64,000 nt of DNA, taken from the NCBI GenBank assembly GCA_038231275.1, contig JBBRLQ010000002.1, forward strand, positions 256,001 to 320,000, read 5' to 3'. The position numbers and the translations under genes are program-made. Positions 10,201-18,494 of the stretch are shown piece after piece. Below the pieces are notes generated by a model. The model ran no database searches and was not told where the DNA came from. It saw only the letters and a program-made list of their open reading frames with translations. Each line of letters opens with the position of its first letter. Position 1 is the stretch's first letter. The DNA is from Polyangiales bacterium (GTDB lineage: Bacteria > Myxococcota_A > Polyangia > Polyangiales > Polyangiaceae).

Positions 10201-10579
10201 CGTTGCCGTCGCTGACGGACTGGCAGTTGATCTGGTCGGCCTGCTCGACCGTGATGCCGCGCCACGTGTCGTCGCCGGCCATGTCGATGTTGCCGTAGAG
10301 ACGCGGCGGAGCGACCGGGGCCGAGATGGCCTTGGCCCACGTGAGCCGCTTCGTGTCCGCGTCGCAGATCTCCTGGCGGCTCGAGCCCTTGCCCGGAGTG
10401 CCGTCAAGGCCCGTCCTGCTCGGATCGATCACCGGCGTCTTGCCAGGATCGTATCCCGAGTTCATCAAATCTCCTGCACCCGCGGGCGCCGGCGAATACG
10501 TCTGATTCGGACCGTCTTCGCACGCAACGAGCGTTGCCGAAGAGAGTGCGGCGATGAGTAGTTTGGTCGACCTTCGCAT
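7280..10579 (-). CDS. Large (~1099 aa) lipoprotein of unknown function with Cys-rich C-terminal region
   Basis: Start re-picked at MRRSTKLLIAALSSATLVAC with GAGGAG SD; GC-biased third positions; no motif I recognise. Confidence 0.85.
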   Translation of the reverse strand: MRRSTKLLIAALSSATLVACEDGPNQTYSPAPAGAGDLMNSGYDPGKTPVIDPSRTGLDGTPGKGSSRQEICDADTKRLTWAKAISAPVAPPRLYGNIDMAGDDTWRGITVEQADQINCQSVSDGNGGVHWGDNSEIQFFYDIGTHVVTQMVLNLGYSGKIKVKGRKLNSGQTCYNYTAVDAKGNPMVKQDDTCPHANDQYEVGVGGLPLKNNAPWLFDPAAPDWDAKITELYDAVIASYMPDQSSSDSCGGNGGCLELPDDGGGTAIFGFRPAAVYFEFHAHTPQPTLTTPFLFYNFFVKILPYSNAPMTVKIDAEGPIAQQGLGAGGAKNCEIKLGQTWQAMLDNCVNITGDQTLDKQNFNKLVGGHTHTLDDIFFNVVGVNQNITVQKSTYDYVKDTDLPAPTDITTEWIFDVRARGLNSNEYKGGVVSTKNLDVHGTGLVFREYARLSQAELYRVANTPVALQHNLGDPKCFITATNPVRAAGCTGLEGMLLPGPLLGLVPGTGKFDPGDLDAISAAQSGSPRLYGYLVPRGGYLKPSDPITIICDDPEGVLASNLNGSDFAAAGCNGDSANANPGLPLWDGTYQRVIDVFGRSDVFNLPPAARDRRFFFQQYSLALVKYLKAFGTKQHLVTPADVAAVKLDFENVFWDISDSLQFDKIEYIERAFVDATHEPTNFEYGSDIKVANQRTTNWDRKMSRAERAMYQSMLGNSTKALGVIDNVRFTNLFGTNILPSLWENVTCATTGGPCGASTLGPWDGAGDYHGTAGLDSDGLPLLGDYPGAWGASIWHNGKSPIRITGYLTNVQAAKVSMPQFTDPYDQTSAIIQTVEALVPHLVSQPGVGIEIPVSGTRDKLVPTGNLSYVGNTSNFNVKYNYTTCKAEKLDLAVACGKTQQQFLCDNNPKKVEALYSPNIFVEKTPGDGLPVATADPGCHVDTNIGKTCTGLDDTKTCGSLACLDNLDAASATKFVCQRKDRLINYCCDGTSRPQFIPTNAITVQGIDTSDFLGDIFICKDPATNHILRSRMYDSAQSILDWLTAHPGSTQACDIVVRYSPFNNYIDKIYSRAYGVSVDISKSFGAGRIDDAVLWDPALLSQ

Positions 10580-11140
10580 CGGACTCCTCGTGATCAATTC
10601 AAGCCCCTGAGACCCGCTACCGCGCCCGCCACCCCGTCTCTTGACGCCACCGAATGGCTTCAGGATGGGCACAGCTAGGCTTGGCCCGGCCTCTTACCCT
10701 CCCTCTCTCGGGCACGCAATCACCGAATTGACCGAAACATGCGGCCCCGCAATTTCATGCCCGGGCAGATTGCACCGATTTCGAGCTCGACAAGGACGTT
10801 TTGCGACGCCGCGTTTTGCGCAAGGGCATAGATAGATTGTGCTAACCGACCCTCCTGCCTCGACGCGACCGTCGCGATCATCGGTCAGATCCCGATTGCA
10901 TTTGCTTACATTGTAGGATGCCGATTTTCGGGTACAATTTTCCTACGTCACTGGAACACACCAGCTCCGCGCGGCTGTGGTGATTTCGCAAGTCTGCGCT
11001 GGGTCAAGAGAATCTCCGGCGACCACGTCACGGATGTCATAGCTCACCCTCATCGCCGGTGTTGTCCGGGCCAGTGGGGGGATGGACGAGCTTTCGCGCG
11101 GCTCGGCTGGAGACTCTCGAGGGAAGCTTGTAGCCTCTCG
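10580..11140. promoter_or_regulatory. Divergent intergenic regulatory region (~560 bp)
   Basis: No credible CDS; AT-richer tracts around 10830-10945; lies between divergent genes. Confidence 0.55.
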
Positions 11141-11144
11141 CGTG

Positions 11145-12056
11145 ATGCGTCCGTGGCTCACGGCAGGGCTCTTGGCGGCGGGTCTGGGAACGACCCTTCT
11201 GGGCACGGTTCCAGAGGCCCAGGCGTTCTGCCGCTCGACGACCTGCAGAGGGGATTGCCCTACGGATGATCAGGGGTGCCCAAGCTCCGGCAAGCCGCTC
11301 TACTGGCCGGGCGCCTGCCTCGGGTTCGATCTGCAGAAGAGCGGCACCCAGAGCCTCGATTTGGCGGACGTCCGCATCGCGGTCCAGAAATCATTCCGGC
11401 AATGGAGCGAGGTCCCCTGCCCCGCGCTCAAGGGGAACCTGGCGAGCCTGTCGTTCACCGAGCTGCCCGACGTCGCGTGCGCGAAGAGTCAGTACAATCC
11501 CGATGGGCAGAACGTGAACGTCGTGCTCTTTCGCGACGACGACTGGAAGTACAAGGGCATCGACGGCACGCTCGCGAAGACTGCGGTGACGTACGACGAT
11601 CGCACCGGGGAAATCTTCGACGCCGACATCGAGATCAACGCCGCGTTCAATAACCTCACCGTCGGCGACGCGAAGGTCGGGTACGATCTGCGGACGATCG
11701 TGACGCACGAAGCCGGGCATTTCATCGGCCTCGCGCACAGCCCCGATCCGAACGCGTCGATGTACGCGACGTACGCTCCAGGGACGGCGGCGGGGCGTGT
11801 CCTCAGCGACGACGACATCGCCGCGTTGTGCGCGGTCTACCCGCCAGGGCGGCAAGCGGCGTGTGACTCCACGCCGAAGGGGGGAATCGGCGCGAGCTGC
11901 GACGATCCGGTGAAAAGCGGGTGCGCGGTGGCCCCATCGCTCGAGGCCGCGACGCCGCCGCTCGAGGCGCTCGCAGGGCTCGGCGCGTTCGGGACGCTCG
12001 CGCTGGTGACGCGCTGGACGCGACGCGCGCGGCGACGAGGCAAAGCGCGCGCGTGA
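11145..12056 (+). CDS. Matrixin-like zinc metalloprotease with MYXO-CTERM-like sorting tail
   Basis: Signal peptide ...AQA|FCRSTTC; GEIFDADIEIN; HEAGHFIGLAH; ASMY Met-turn; tail KSGCAVAP + hydrophobic stretch + RRARRR. Confidence 0.88.
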   Translation: MRPWLTAGLLAAGLGTTLLGTVPEAQAFCRSTTCRGDCPTDDQGCPSSGKPLYWPGACLGFDLQKSGTQSLDLADVRIAVQKSFRQWSEVPCPALKGNLASLSFTELPDVACAKSQYNPDGQNVNVVLFRDDDWKYKGIDGTLAKTAVTYDDRTGEIFDADIEINAAFNNLTVGDAKVGYDLRTIVTHEAGHFIGLAHSPDPNASMYATYAPGTAAGRVLSDDDIAALCAVYPPGRQAACDSTPKGGIGASCDDPVKSGCAVAPSLEAATPPLEALAGLGAFGTLALVTRWTRRARRRGKARA

Positions 12057-12099
12057 GATCCCCGCGACAGCGGTCGAGAGAGCGTCTATAGACGCGTTC

Positions 12100-13338
12100 G
12101 TGAAATTCGTGGATCAGTGCGACGTCTCGGTGGTCGCGGGAAAAGGGGGCAACGGCTCCGTCGCGTTCCGTCGCGAGAAATTCGTGCCGTTCGGCGGCCC
12201 TTCGGGAGGCGACGGCGGGAGCGGCGGAAGCGTGGTTTTCCTCGCGGATCCTGGACTGTCGACGCTGCTCGACGTGACGTACGCGCACACGCTGAAGGCG
12301 CCCGACGGGCAGCACGGCATGGGCAAGGACTGCTACGGCAAGGGCGGCGTCGATCTCGTCGCCCGCGTGCCGGTGGGGACGCAAGTGTTCGCGCGCGAGA
12401 CCCACGAGCTGCTCTACGACTTGAACGAGCCGCACATGCGCATCGTGATCGCGAAGGGCGGCAAGGGCGGGCGCGGAAACATGCACTTTGCAACCCCGTA
12501 CGATCGCGCGCCGCGACGAGCCGAGCACGGGTTGCCGGGTGAAGAGAAGCTCCTGCGGCTCGAGCTCAAGGTGATGGCCGACGTCGGGCTGCTGGGCTTC
12601 CCGAACGTCGGAAAATCCACGTTCATTCGCGCGTGCTCGCGGGCGACACCGAAGGTCGCGGACTATCCGTTCACGACGCTCGTGCCGCACCTCGGGGTCG
12701 TGCGCATCGACGACCAAGCGAGCTTCGTCGTGGCGGACATCCCGGGGCTCATCCCCGGCGCGGCGGACGGCGCGGGGCTCGGCATTCGGTTTTTGCAGCA
12801 CGTCGAGCGCACACGCGCGCTGCTCCATCTCGTGACGCTCGATCCGAGCGACGGGCGGGAGCCGGTGAGCGACTACGACGCGCTCGTCGCCGAGCTGCAA
12901 AAATTCGACGAGGCGCTCGCGGATCGGCCCACGATCGTCGCGATGACGAAGGCCGACCTGACGGAGGTGCGCGAGGCGTACGCGAAGGTGAAGCCGCTCT
13001 TCAAGAAGAAGAGCATCGATTTGCGGCTCGTGTCGGCGGCGACGGGTGATGGCATGCGGCAGCTCGTCATCGATCTGTTTCGGCTGGTGCGCGCTGGAGA
13101 AGCGCCGAAGTCGGAGAAGATCCCCGCGGCACGGAAGCGCACGCCGAAGCCGAAGCCGATTCGGAAGCTGACGCTGAAACGGAAGCCGACACCGAAAGCG
13201 AAGCCGAAGCCGAAGCCGACACCGAAAGCGAAGCCGAAGCCGAAGCCGATCCCCAAAGCGAAGCCGAAGCCGAAGCCGATCTCCAAAGCGAAGCCGAAGC
13301 CGAAGAAGAGGGCTGCCGCGCGCGCGAGGGGGCGTTGA
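12100..13338 (+). CDS. obgE: GTPase ObgE/CgtA with Lys/Pro-rich C-terminal extension
   Basis: FVD...AGKGGNG...FRREKFVPFGGPSGGDGG; G1 GFPNVGKST; YPFTT; DIPG; TKAD. Confidence 0.97.
   Translation: MKFVDQCDVSVVAGKGGNGSVAFRREKFVPFGGPSGGDGGSGGSVVFLADPGLSTLLDVTYAHTLKAPDGQHGMGKDCYGKGGVDLVARVPVGTQVFARETHELLYDLNEPHMRIVIAKGGKGGRGNMHFATPYDRAPRRAEHGLPGEEKLLRLELKVMADVGLLGFPNVGKSTFIRACSRATPKVADYPFTTLVPHLGVVRIDDQASFVVADIPGLIPGAADGAGLGIRFLQHVERTRALLHLVTLDPSDGREPVSDYDALVAELQKFDEALADRPTIVAMTKADLTEVREAYAKVKPLFKKKSIDLRLVSAATGDGMRQLVIDLFRLVRAGEAPKSEKIPAARKRTPKPKPIRKLTLKRKPTPKAKPKPKPTPKAKPKPKPIPKAKPKPKPISKAKPKPKKRAAARARGR
13191..13310 (+). repeat. Four tandem 30-bp units built from AAGCCG hexamers, encoding (T/I)(P/S)KAKPKPKP
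   Basis: Units start at 13191, 13221, 13251 and 13281 (accgaaagcgaagccgaagccgaagccgac and variants). Confidence 0.9.
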
Positions 13339-14408
13339 GCGAGAAGAGCGAAGAGGCGACGCCGAAGCGGCTGCGAAAGGCGCAAGACGAGGGGGACAGC
13401 GGGCAGAGCGCGTTCGCGTCGCAGTCGGTCGCGTTCCTCGTCGCGGTGGCGCTCGTGCCCGGGGCGATCGCCGTCCTCGTCACGCGCTCAGCGGATGGAT
13501 TGCGCGCGGCGATCGCGCGGGCGGCGGACGTGAGCCCGGGCGACGGCGCGGTCGTCGACTCTGCGGCGCTGGCTTCGGATCTGGTGCTGCTCGCGGTGCC
13601 GGTGCTGCTTGGCGCGGCGGTCGCGTCGGCGGTGACGAGCGTGGTGCAGACCGGCGGCATCGTCGCGACGAAGAAGCTCGCGCCGAAGCTCGAGCGGCTG
13701 AACGTGTTCGACGGATTCGCGAAGCTCTTCACCGCCGCGCGCCTCTTCAGCGTCGTGCGCGCGCTGGCGTTCGCCGCGCTGGTGTCCTATCTCGCGTACC
13801 GAGGCCTGCGCGCGCACCTCGCCGACTTGGCGCGATTGTCGGGGCAGCTCGGCTACGTGGGGCGCGCGGTGGCGGAAATCGCGCATGGGGTTGCGATGCA
13901 AGCTGCGCTGGCGGGCGTTGCGCTCGGCGTCGTGGACCTGGTGGTGGTGCGCACGAGCTGGCGAAAGCGCCTGCGCATGAGCAAGGACGAGGTGAAGCGC
14001 GAGCACAAGGAGAGCGACGGCGATCCGCAGACCAAAGCCGCGCGCGAGCGGGCACACCACGAAATGCTCGCGGCGGCGACCGTTGCGAGCGTGCGCACGG
14101 CGAGCGTGGTGGTGGTGAACCCGACGCACATCGCGTGCGCGCTCCGGTACGAGGAGAAGGCGGGCGGCGAGGGCGACGCGGCGCCCGTCGTGGTGGCGAC
14201 CGGCGAAGGGGAGCTCGCGCAACAAATCGTGCGCGCCGCCCACGCGTACGGCGTGCCGATCCTGCGCGACGTCCCGCTGGCGCGCGCGCTCGTGGAGCTC
14301 CAGGTCGGAGATCAAATCCCCGAGGCGCTCTACGAAGCGGTCGCGGAGATCCTGCGCGAGGCCTGGGACGAGAGCGGCGCTACGGATCGCGAGACGTCAG
14401 ACCGGTGA
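13335..14408 (+). CDS. sctU: Type III export apparatus switch protein (SctU/EscU/YscU/FlhB family)
   Basis: SEKSEEATPKRLRKA, TM region, LRMSKDEVKREHKESDGDP, autocleavage motif NPTH, GVPILRDVPLARAL, IPEALYEAVAEIL. Confidence 0.92.
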   Translation: MSEKSEEATPKRLRKAQDEGDSGQSAFASQSVAFLVAVALVPGAIAVLVTRSADGLRAAIARAADVSPGDGAVVDSAALASDLVLLAVPVLLGAAVASAVTSVVQTGGIVATKKLAPKLERLNVFDGFAKLFTAARLFSVVRALAFAALVSYLAYRGLRAHLADLARLSGQLGYVGRAVAEIAHGVAMQAALAGVALGVVDLVVVRTSWRKRLRMSKDEVKREHKESDGDPQTKAARERAHHEMLAAATVASVRTASVVVVNPTHIACALRYEEKAGGEGDAAPVVVATGEGELAQQIVRAAHAYGVPILRDVPLARALVELQVGDQIPEALYEAVAEILREAWDESGATDRETSDR

Positions 14409-17057
14409 CGCCGGCGCCGGCGCGCCCGTCACGGCGCGGGCGACCTTGCGGAGGCGCGTGGCGTCCTCGGCGCGATCCACTGTGGCGTACAGCTTCGAGA
14501 GGAACGCGAGGCAGGCGTGCGCGCCCTTGTCGTCGTTCTGTTCGCGCGCGCGCGCGAGGGCGTCGAGCGCCTCGAGGAGCGCCTCGTCCGGGCGACCCGC
14601 GACGGCGAGCGCGACGCCGAGCGCGAGTGAGGTCTGGCAGCGCTCCGCCGGCGACGCCCTGGCGTCGAGCTCGGCGCGCGCGATGCGGAGCGCGCGCAAG
14701 GCCTCGCCCACGTCGCCGCGCGAGAGGCGCACGATCGCCTGCATCCGCTCCGCGAAGCGCCCGTGCTCTCCGGACGCGAGGAGGCCCTCCGCCCATTGCT
14801 CGAGCGACTGGGTGTCGGCGCCGAGCAGCGCCTCTTTCGCGAGCTCGGTGAGGCGCTCGCCGACGTCGTCGCTGGTCGGCGCGCTGGTCGGCGGGTCGCC
14901 GTGCACGGCCGCGCGATCGGTGACCGTGCCGGGCGGCTCGGTGCCCGAACCTGGCTGCGGCGAGAGCGTCGCCGGCTGCGGAGGCGAAACCGCGACCATC
15001 GTGCCCGGCTCCGAGATCGGGGGGACCATGTCGGTCTGAGAAACCGCCACGGCGACGGTCACCGATGGAGGCGAGTCATCGTCGTCGAGAGGCGACACGA
15101 TCGTCATGGTCGGCGGCTCGGAGTCGTGCGTCGTCGGGATGTCCTCGACGTTGGTTACCTCGGCCGACCGACGTGATAGCGCCGGATCGCCTTCGGGGAC
15201 CTCGACCCCTTCGACCACCGCCGCGTAGGCGGCGCTGCCCGTGCCGTCCGTGGGCGGTGTCGCCGAATGGCGAAGCGGCACTACCAGCGCGAGCGCGGCG
15301 CGCGCCTCCTCTTCGAGGGTCGGGTCGAGCTCACGTGCCAGCGCGATGAGGTGCGTCGCGGCGCCGCGCAGCTCGAGGCCGATCGCGGTCCGCGCGCACG
15401 TCAGCGCCGTCCGTCCCGCCTTCGCGTGGTCGCCGGCCTTCGCAAGGTGATGCGCCGCCTCCGCGAGCCCGAGGCCTCGCTCCTCGCTCGCGAGGACGTG
15501 CGCGAGCGCGCGGTGAATGATGCCACGGAGCTCGTCGTTCGCGAGCTCTCCAAGAAGCGCCTCCCGGTGCGTCCGGGTCGGCAACGCCACCCACCCCGCC
15601 TGCGGCTCGACCAGCCAACGGCGTACGACGAGCTTCTTTGCCTCCGCCGCCGCGTCGACGCCGACGTTCGCGGCCGCGAGGACCTTGGTGAGCCGCTCTA
15701 GCGAGAGCTCTCCGCCCGCGAGCGCGACGAACGCGAGCACGAGCTGCTCGAGCGCCGAGCCCATCATCTGCGCACGACGCGCGATCCATTGCACGGGCGC
15801 GCGCGGCGCGCCACGCCCTGCCGAGCGCGTCCGCGGCGACGCTCCTTTCGCGGTCCACGACAGCTCGCCCTCCGAAAGGCTGACCGCGACGGACTCGAGG
15901 ATTCCGAGCGGCGTATGGCTTCCACGCCGCGCCCAGCGCTTGCACCCGGTCTCGTCAAGCACGCCCCCGAGCGCCGCCGCCGCGAACGCGCGCCCGTCCG
16001 CCTCGTCGAAGGGCCGGAGCTCCATCTCGGGTCCCTTGCCGATCCGCGCGAGCGCAGGCGGAGGCGCCGTCGTCTCGTCCACACGGACGACGCACGCGAA
16101 CGTGCCGTCGGCCGCTGCGAACGCGCGCGCGCACGCGTCGACCGACGCCGCGTCGACGTCGAACACGTCGTCGATGAGCAGCGCACCGGGCGGCGCGTCG
16201 TCGGCGGTCCCACGGAGGAAGGACGAGATGATCGCCGCCGCGGTCTCGATGGGGACGCCGTCGCCGGCGAGGAGGCGGCGCGCGGCCGGCTCGAGCTCGA
16301 CCTCGAACTGCGGCGCGTCCACGACGTTCGCGCGCGAGAGGGCCCGCCGGAGCGAGCCGAGGGGCTCGAGCGACGAGCCGCTCGGAGAGAGCACGAGGCA
16401 CGGGCCGGGCGCGACGAGGGCCGCGACCTCCGCGAGCAGGCGCGTGCCGCCGAGCCCGGGATCCGCGCGCAGCACCGCGAGCGCGTTCGGCATCCACAAG
16501 AGCGCGCTCGGATCCTCGCGTCCGATCAGGCGCGGTGTCTCGAGCTTCGACACGAGCGCGGCGGCGGCGTGGCGCCAAGGCTGCTGGACGTCGAGCTTCC
16601 CGCCGCGCACACGCCTCTTGCCGTCGCGCGCGACGCGCACGCCCAGTATGACGAGCGTCTCCATCCCCTTGAACGAGCGATCGACCAGCACCTCCCCGGG
16701 ACGCGCCACGCGCGCGAGCGAGGCGCCGGCGGCGAGCGGCACGCCCCACGACAGCCATGCGCGCAGGTCGTCGGGGGCGACCGCTTCCACTTTGCCTTCT
16801 GCGATCCCGGCGGCCCAGGCGATCTCGCCCGACTTCGTCTCCTCGAGGACGCCGGTCGTGGCCATCGCCACGGCCTCCTCTACCGATTCGGGATCGAACG
16901 CGACGGCGACGAGCTGCGACCCGAAGGCGATCATGTTCCCGCCGAGCGCGTCTCCGCGCTGGACGAGCGCGCGCGTCCGCTCGACGTAGCCTCTTCCCGT
17001 CGCGGGCGCGAGCCCGGGGTGGGCCATCCAGAAGCTGACGACGATGCGCTCGGTCAC
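14397..17057 (-). CDS. Degenerate cyclase-like / P-loop NTPase / helical-repeat protein
   Basis: N-terminal cyclase-like end (LARVARPGEVLV), LIGRE, altered Walker A RADPGLGGTRLL, Walker B LLIDD, helical repeats, disordered linker, TPR-like C-terminus. Confidence 0.65.
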   Translation of the reverse strand: MTERIVVSFWMAHPGLAPATGRGYVERTRALVQRGDALGGNMIAFGSQLVAVAFDPESVEEAVAMATTGVLEETKSGEIAWAAGIAEGKVEAVAPDDLRAWLSWGVPLAAGASLARVARPGEVLVDRSFKGMETLVILGVRVARDGKRRVRGGKLDVQQPWRHAAAALVSKLETPRLIGREDPSALLWMPNALAVLRADPGLGGTRLLAEVAALVAPGPCLVLSPSGSSLEPLGSLRRALSRANVVDAPQFEVELEPAARRLLAGDGVPIETAAAIISSFLRGTADDAPPGALLIDDVFDVDAASVDACARAFAAADGTFACVVRVDETTAPPPALARIGKGPEMELRPFDEADGRAFAAAALGGVLDETGCKRWARRGSHTPLGILESVAVSLSEGELSWTAKGASPRTRSAGRGAPRAPVQWIARRAQMMGSALEQLVLAFVALAGGELSLERLTKVLAAANVGVDAAAEAKKLVVRRWLVEPQAGWVALPTRTHREALLGELANDELRGIIHRALAHVLASEERGLGLAEAAHHLAKAGDHAKAGRTALTCARTAIGLELRGAATHLIALARELDPTLEEEARAALALVVPLRHSATPPTDGTGSAAYAAVVEGVEVPEGDPALSRRSAEVTNVEDIPTTHDSEPPTMTIVSPLDDDDSPPSVTVAVAVSQTDMVPPISEPGTMVAVSPPQPATLSPQPGSGTEPPGTVTDRAAVHGDPPTSAPTSDDVGERLTELAKEALLGADTQSLEQWAEGLLASGEHGRFAERMQAIVRLSRGDVGEALRALRIARAELDARASPAERCQTSLALGVALAVAGRPDEALLEALDALARAREQNDDKGAHACLAFLSKLYATVDRAEDATRLRKVARAVTGAPAPASPV

Positions 17058-17103
17058 CTGTCTTCTTCTTCTCCTGGCAAGGCTCGCCCCGTGAGGTGAA
17101 GCT

Positions 17104-17805
17104 TCAGACGCGGATCCTCTTTTTCAGGGCGGCCAGCTCGTCCTCGACGTCGCCCGCCTTCTCGCCGCCCTTGGTGCCGCGCTCGAGGTCGCGGAACTTC
17201 GCCTCGAGGTCCTGCTCCTTCTCCCCCTTGCCGAGCGCATCCTCGACCTCCGCCATCGCGCTGCCCTGGGCCTCGCGATCTTCGATTTTTTCTTCCATGC
17301 GGCGGAAGTTGTCGAAGGCGCTCGAGCCACCCTTCGCGCCGAGCCCTTCGGCGCCGCCGCCTCCGCGCGACTGCTGCGCGCGCGCGACGAGCGTGCCCTT
17401 GCGGAGCTTCAGCTCTTCGAGCTTCTTCTCCATCCGCTCAAGCTCCTCTTTCATCGTGAGGGCGGTGTCGCGCTGCTCGGCGCGCGCCTTCTCGACGCTC
17501 TCGGAGTCCGCGTGCACGCGCTTCTTCTGCTTGAGCGCCTCGCGCGCGAGCGCTTCGTCGCCGCCCTTCAGCGCGAGCTCTGCGCGCTTGTCCCACTTTT
17601 CCACCTCGGAGGAGAGGTCGTCCTTCTTTTTCCGAAGCTGCTTCTCGGCGGCGACGGCGCTGATCACCTCTTGGCGACCTCGCTTCAGCTGGTCTTCCAT
17701 CTCTTCCAGGTTGAGCTCGAGGAGCTTCTTGTCGTCCTCCGCTTTGTCGAGGAGAGAGTTGACGTTGCTCGAGATCACCTTGCCCATGCGGTCGAAGATC
17801 CCCAT
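17104..17805 (-). CDS. pspA: PspA/IM30 family protein
   Basis: MGIFDRMGKVISSNVNSLLDKAED, ALKGGDEALAREAL, AFDNFRRMEEKI, VEDELAALK; GAGGAG SD. Confidence 0.92.
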   Translation of the reverse strand: MGIFDRMGKVISSNVNSLLDKAEDDKKLLELNLEEMEDQLKRGRQEVISAVAAEKQLRKKKDDLSSEVEKWDKRAELALKGGDEALAREALKQKKRVHADSESVEKARAEQRDTALTMKEELERMEKKLEELKLRKGTLVARAQQSRGGGGAEGLGAKGGSSAFDNFRRMEEKIEDREAQGSAMAEVEDALGKGEKEQDLEAKFRDLERGTKGGEKAGDVEDELAALKKRIRV

Positions 17806-17963
17806 TTTTCTCCTCGAAGTCCTACCCGGACAAGGACTGAGGCTACCACGCAATTCCCGCAAGACCCCTTCCACTCGCACGCGCCGCGCGTGGAGGGGGG
17901 CCGGCGCCGGGCAGGCGTTATCCGGTCCAGATCCGCCGGGGTCGATGCTACACTACGGGCGCG

Positions 17964-18455
17964 ATGACCGACTGGCGCAGCCGACTCTCCGAGCAGCTCC
18001 TTGGCCCTCCCGGGAGCTCCCCCCCGTCGCGACCGGATCCCGCGGCACTCCTCGAGATCGTGCTGGGCCAGGCCCGGAGCGAGCTCACCTACGTGCTCGA
18101 GCTCGGCAAGACGCACAGCCTCCCGGTGACGGGCAGCGTCAACACCGACGACATGTGGATCCGCGTAGGCGCCACGACCTTGCGGTTCAACTACAGCCGT
18201 CGCGCGGGCGTCATCGTCGCGAGCGTCGTCGGTCGCGAGGACCAGCAGCTCCGCTACGACCCCGAGAAGAAGGCGGTCGTCACCCCCGACGGCGAGCCGC
18301 TCGAGGCGACCGGATACATCCGCGAGGCCATCGACGCGACGGTCAACGCCTGGAAGGCGAGCGGCAAGCCCGACATCACGATCTCGATGATGCGCTCGGA
18401 GCGCCCGCCGATGCCGACGCTGCCGGACTCGTCCGAGATCCTCCCCAAATCCTGA
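17964..18455 (+). CDS. Hypothetical cytoplasmic protein
   Basis: Normal codon bias and protein-like composition; extended -10-like TGCTACACT upstream. Confidence 0.75.
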   Translation: MTDWRSRLSEQLLGPPGSSPPSRPDPAALLEIVLGQARSELTYVLELGKTHSLPVTGSVNTDDMWIRVGATTLRFNYSRRAGVIVASVVGREDQQLRYDPEKKAVVTPDGEPLEATGYIREAIDATVNAWKASGKPDITISMMRSERPPMPTLPDSSEILPKS

Positions 18456-18494
18456 AGCTCCTGACACGACCAAGGCTCGGGCGCGGGAGGCGAC

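Noticed and set aside
3709-10579. Lower-GC block as a mobile genomic island
   Set aside because: No integrase, transposase, flanking direct repeats or adjacent tRNA seen; kept only as a composition anomaly.
10749-10763. Minus-strand CGGGCATGAAATTGC as a sigma-54 promoter for the giant lipoprotein genes
   Set aside because: GG-N10-GC spacing holds, but the -24 box is CGGG rather than TGGC; too weak to call.
13191-13310. 30-bp periodic repeat as a possible CRISPR array
   Set aside because: Head-to-tail units with no spacers, in frame inside obgE, and no cas genes.
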